Shown here piece after piece: positions 29,181-32,000 of a DNA stretch of 32,000 bases; position 1 is the stretch's first letter; each line of letters opens with the position of its first letter. This DNA is from Phycisphaera mikurensis NBRC 102666 (GTDB lineage: Bacteria > Planctomycetota > Phycisphaerae > Phycisphaerales > Phycisphaeraceae): the NCBI RefSeq assembly GCF_000284115.1, contig NC_017081.1, positions 30,001 to 62,000 on the forward strand, written 5' to 3'. A program made the position numbers and the translations under genes. Under the pieces are notes generated by a model. It saw only the letters and a program-made list of their open reading frames with translations. It did not search any database and was not told where the DNA came from.

Positions 29181-29210
29181 GCGCGGCCGGTCCACCGGAG
29201 TTCTTTCACC

Positions 29211-30287
29211 ATGCCCGATGCCCCTCAACCCTTCCTGGCCATGTACCGCGAAAGCGTCGCCGCCTGGTGCGGCAGCATGCCCGAGGGGTTGTTGTGCCCC
29301 TTCTCCGGCTTGGATGTCTCAGAGACGTCTCTTTGCCAAGGCCATTTGATTCCGAAGTGCGTCGACCACTGGCGCGGCGGCGGAACGGTCCCCCAGCACG
29401 CTGAGCTTGACCACTACTTCGGCCGCACCCTGGACCGTGAATTGGCGAAGCTGGTCGCCAATGGCCGCCAGCCGCTGTTGAGTGCGCTCGCCAACGCGGA
29501 CCGGATCCGCATCCAGCACGAAACCGATGACCCATGCTCGAGCGATGTCTGGGCATATCCCAAGGGTGAGATGTCTCCAGGCAAGGCGGCCAAGGCAGGC
29601 GCCGCGGTCTTGCAATTTCACCCGGACGGGGAGTCACCCTTGACGTTCTCGATCCGGGCTTCGCCGATGGACCTCGCCCGCCTGCGTCGTACCGAACCTC
29701 TGAACCTTCGTCTTCACGCGGAAGGCGGCGTCGCTGATCTGCGGCTCGGTGGCGCAGCATTGGTTCGAGCTGCGTTTCTCATGTGGTTTCGGAGCGACCC
29801 GATGTTCGCGTTCTGCAACAACCTCCGCGGATGGATCGTCGATCCCTTCGTGCAGGCCTTTCAGGAGGACCGCCGACTCGAGGAGTGCGGTGACCTGTAT
29901 GACCGCTTCGAGGGAAGCGTGAAGGTGTTGTCAATCAAGCCGAACCCGAGGCCCGAGCAGGTAGAGGCCCTGGACTCGCTGAAAGCGGGTCACTACGTGA
30001 TGCACACAACCACCCAGCGTTTCCCGGATCTGGCTCCTTTTGCCATCTCGGCGCTGCTTCGCGGCAGCCGACACGCATCCCTCGCCATCACCCTGCCTTT
30101 CGCTACGCGCCCAGAAAACCGGGAGGAGAGCCTCCAGCTCTACCGCAGGTACCAGACGGACCCAGCATGGCCACACACCCGGACCTTCGTGCGGCTCGAA
30201 CCCGGTGCGTTCGACGTGTACACCGGGCTTCCCGGGCCGGATGCAGAACGGAAGAGCTTCCGCAGCGGAACCAAGCTTGCCGCCTGA
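29211..30287 (+). CDS. Hypothetical protein with N-terminal HNH/zinc-finger-like motif
   Basis: 'LLCPFSGLDVSETSLCQGHLIPKCVDHWRGG' resembles 'C..(S/C)G...GHIIPK' HNH-like segments; the rest is unrecognised. Confidence 0.5.
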   Translation: MPDAPQPFLAMYRESVAAWCGSMPEGLLCPFSGLDVSETSLCQGHLIPKCVDHWRGGGTVPQHAELDHYFGRTLDRELAKLVANGRQPLLSALANADRIRIQHETDDPCSSDVWAYPKGEMSPGKAAKAGAAVLQFHPDGESPLTFSIRASPMDLARLRRTEPLNLRLHAEGGVADLRLGGAALVRAAFLMWFRSDPMFAFCNNLRGWIVDPFVQAFQEDRRLEECGDLYDRFEGSVKVLSIKPNPRPEQVEALDSLKAGHYVMHTTTQRFPDLAPFAISALLRGSRHASLAITLPFATRPENREESLQLYRRYQTDPAWPHTRTFVRLEPGAFDVYTGLPGPDAERKSFRSGTKLAA

Positions 30288-30306
30288 GAGAAGCACCGTG
30301 ACACGC

Positions 30307-30552
30307 TCATGCTGATGAAGAGAGCTTCTGCCGCGTCCACGCTTTGAAGCCGGGGTCGGCCGACAGGAAGTGTTCGAGGATGGCGACGCCAAGCTTCTGC
30401 TTGGTGGCCAAATCGCCGTGATGCTCCCGGTGATAGCTGACATACGCGTCCAGCTCTTGGTTGAGCTTTGGCGGAAGGGACAGCGCGAGGCGTTCGACCT
30501 TCCCCTCCGGGGGAAGGGGACCGAGAACGGGGGCGGCGGGGCTGGAGGGCAT
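30307..30552 (-). CDS. DUF2274-like small protein found downstream of trbI
   Basis: 'LGPLPPEGKVERLALSLPPKLNQELDAYVSYHREHHG...AILEHFLSADPGFKAW' matches the remembered DUF2274 pattern and its location. Confidence 0.65.
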   Translation of the reverse strand: MPSSPAAPVLGPLPPEGKVERLALSLPPKLNQELDAYVSYHREHHGDLATKQKLGVAILEHFLSADPGFKAWTRQKLSSSA

Positions 30553-30557
30553 GGGGA

Positions 30558-31883
30558 TCAGTACCGGTAGGGCTCAAGGAGGAGGTCTTCTTCCACCAGC
30601 ACGCGAACCCGTGCGCCCTGGCGGATCTTGATCGTGGGTTGAACGTCGAGCACCCGGTCGACGATGCGGCCGCCAACCCGCGTGGACTCGAGGGCGACGG
30701 AGTCGCCGATGAGGTCTTCGTCTCGGCCGCTGTCGCGGTCCCGGGCAGAGTTGGCCCCGTAGGTGATGGCGGTCGAGAGCAGCACGCCGCCGAGCAGGCG
30801 ATCGAGGTGGTAGTCCACCTTGTCCTTCACGCCGGCCGCTCCGGTGGGGTCTGTGCCGAGCAACGCGTCGAGGATCAGCGAGCTGCCATCGGGGAACAGC
30901 AGCCGCTCCCACACCAGCAGCGCCCGGTCCTGCCCGTTGCTCACGAGGCTGTCGTAGCTGCCCAGCAGCCGGGCCCCCTGCGGGATGAGCAGGTGCTGCC
31001 CGGTCACCGAATCGTAGACCGGAGAGGTCACCTGGGCGACGATGCGCCCGGGCAGGTCGGTGTTGATGGCGGTGAGGAGGCTCGCGGCGACGGTGCTCCC
31101 AGCCTGCAGCGTGTACGGGCTTGACGGCTGTCTCAGCCGCTCTGGCAGCACCGGCCGCACCCCCCCACCGCCCTCCTCGGTGAAGGCCCGCTTCTCCAAC
31201 TGGAGGTTCGTGTCCACCGTCGGCGTCCTCTCCGCCACCAGCGGCGACACCGGCGTTTCAATCCCGCCGAGGGATCCGGCGCCTGGGGCGAGGCCCGGGC
31301 CGAAGAGATCTGTCCCGGCGGATCCGGCGGCAGCCGGCAGCGGCGGCGCAAAGAAGACGGAGCTGCGATACGCCGTCGCGCTCGCCTCTTCGCTCGCCCG
31401 CTGGATCGCCTCCACCTTGGCCATGAGATCGGCGACCTCCGCCGCCGTGGGACCGGAGGGCATTCCGGCGCCTTGCGGAGCTGCTTCGCTCGTGACTGGC
31501 GTCGCGGAGGCCACAGATTCGGGTGCCGCTGCAGAAGCCCCGGTGGCGGTGGCGGCCGTGGCTCCCGTTGTCTCCGACACGAGGCTCGCGTAGGAGAGCG
31601 GTCCGAAGTCGCGTGGGTCGGCGTCTCCATACGTCACGGGCAGGCGCATCGTGGCGGTCGGCGTCGCCACCGAGCGGACCGGTGCACTTTGCGCCTGCTC
31701 CTCGGCCGGGACCGGGTCAGAGGAACCCCACATCAGGATCGCCGCCACCACTACGACCAACACGCCCACCGCCACGGCCACCGTCCGCTTGTTGACGCCG
31801 ACAACCCGTTCGTCCACAGCGGTGCCCGGCTCGCCATCGATGGCGTCCTCGAAGCTCTCCTTGCTCGCACCGGGGGTGGACAT
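30558..31883 (-). CDS. trbI: TrbI/VirB10-family conjugal transfer protein
   Basis: Single N-terminal TM 'RTVAVAVGVLVVVVAAILMWG'; C-terminal 'YTLQAGSTVAASLLTAINTDLPGRIVAQVTSPVYDSVTGQHLLIPQGARLLGSYDSLVSNGQDRALLVWERLLFPDG'. Confidence 0.93.
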   Translation of the reverse strand: MSTPGASKESFEDAIDGEPGTAVDERVVGVNKRTVAVAVGVLVVVVAAILMWGSSDPVPAEEQAQSAPVRSVATPTATMRLPVTYGDADPRDFGPLSYASLVSETTGATAATATGASAAAPESVASATPVTSEAAPQGAGMPSGPTAAEVADLMAKVEAIQRASEEASATAYRSSVFFAPPLPAAAGSAGTDLFGPGLAPGAGSLGGIETPVSPLVAERTPTVDTNLQLEKRAFTEEGGGGVRPVLPERLRQPSSPYTLQAGSTVAASLLTAINTDLPGRIVAQVTSPVYDSVTGQHLLIPQGARLLGSYDSLVSNGQDRALLVWERLLFPDGSSLILDALLGTDPTGAAGVKDKVDYHLDRLLGGVLLSTAITYGANSARDRDSGRDEDLIGDSVALESTRVGGRIVDRVLDVQPTIKIRQGARVRVLVEEDLLLEPYRY

Positions 31884-32000
31884 CACGGCGCCTCCCCGAA
31901 GAAACCGCCCTCGTAGGCGATGACGACCTCGTCCGCCGCGTCCTTGCCCACCTTCAGCACCGCGGTGTCGAAGACGGTGTCGACGACGTACAGCCCATTC
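31883..32000 (-). CDS. trbG: Partial TrbG/VirB9-family protein, C-terminal end
   Basis: Reverse frame NGLYVVDTVFDTAVLKVGKDAADEVVIAYEGGFFGEAP*. Position immediately upstream of trbI, TGATG overlap. Confidence 0.65.
   Translation of the reverse strand, partial: NGLYVVDTVFDTAVLKVGKDAADEVVIAYEGGFFGEAP

Overview
GC-rich window, lineage not determinable from this read alone. It looks like an accessory island with three parts. (1) A copper module: CsoR-type repressor, cytosolic Cys-rich Csp-like copper-storage protein, TolC-family protein, multicopper oxidase, CopA-type P1B-ATPase, and a minus-strand operon of small metal-related and Rieske-like proteins. (2) A divalent-metal module: CzcCBA-like RND system, His-rich lipoprotein, CDF-like transporter, SPC-type P1B-4-like ATPase, LpxR-like protein. 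(3) A mobile-element part: a convergently arranged AbiEii/AbiEi-like pair, uncharacterised proteins, a tyrosine recombinase, an HNH-like protein, and a conjugation module (DUF2274-like, TrbI, TrbG end). Main non-ORF signals: three near-identical CsoR-box palindromes (TACCCC-N3-GGGGTA); a 34-bp operator-like palindrome just upstream of the AbiEi-like gene; nested inverted repeats between the multicopper oxidase and copA; a foldable leader near 27.6 kb; a probable ATC-start lipoprotein; and a G13/C13 tract next to a start codon. Product names come from motif recognition by eye; no database search was run.
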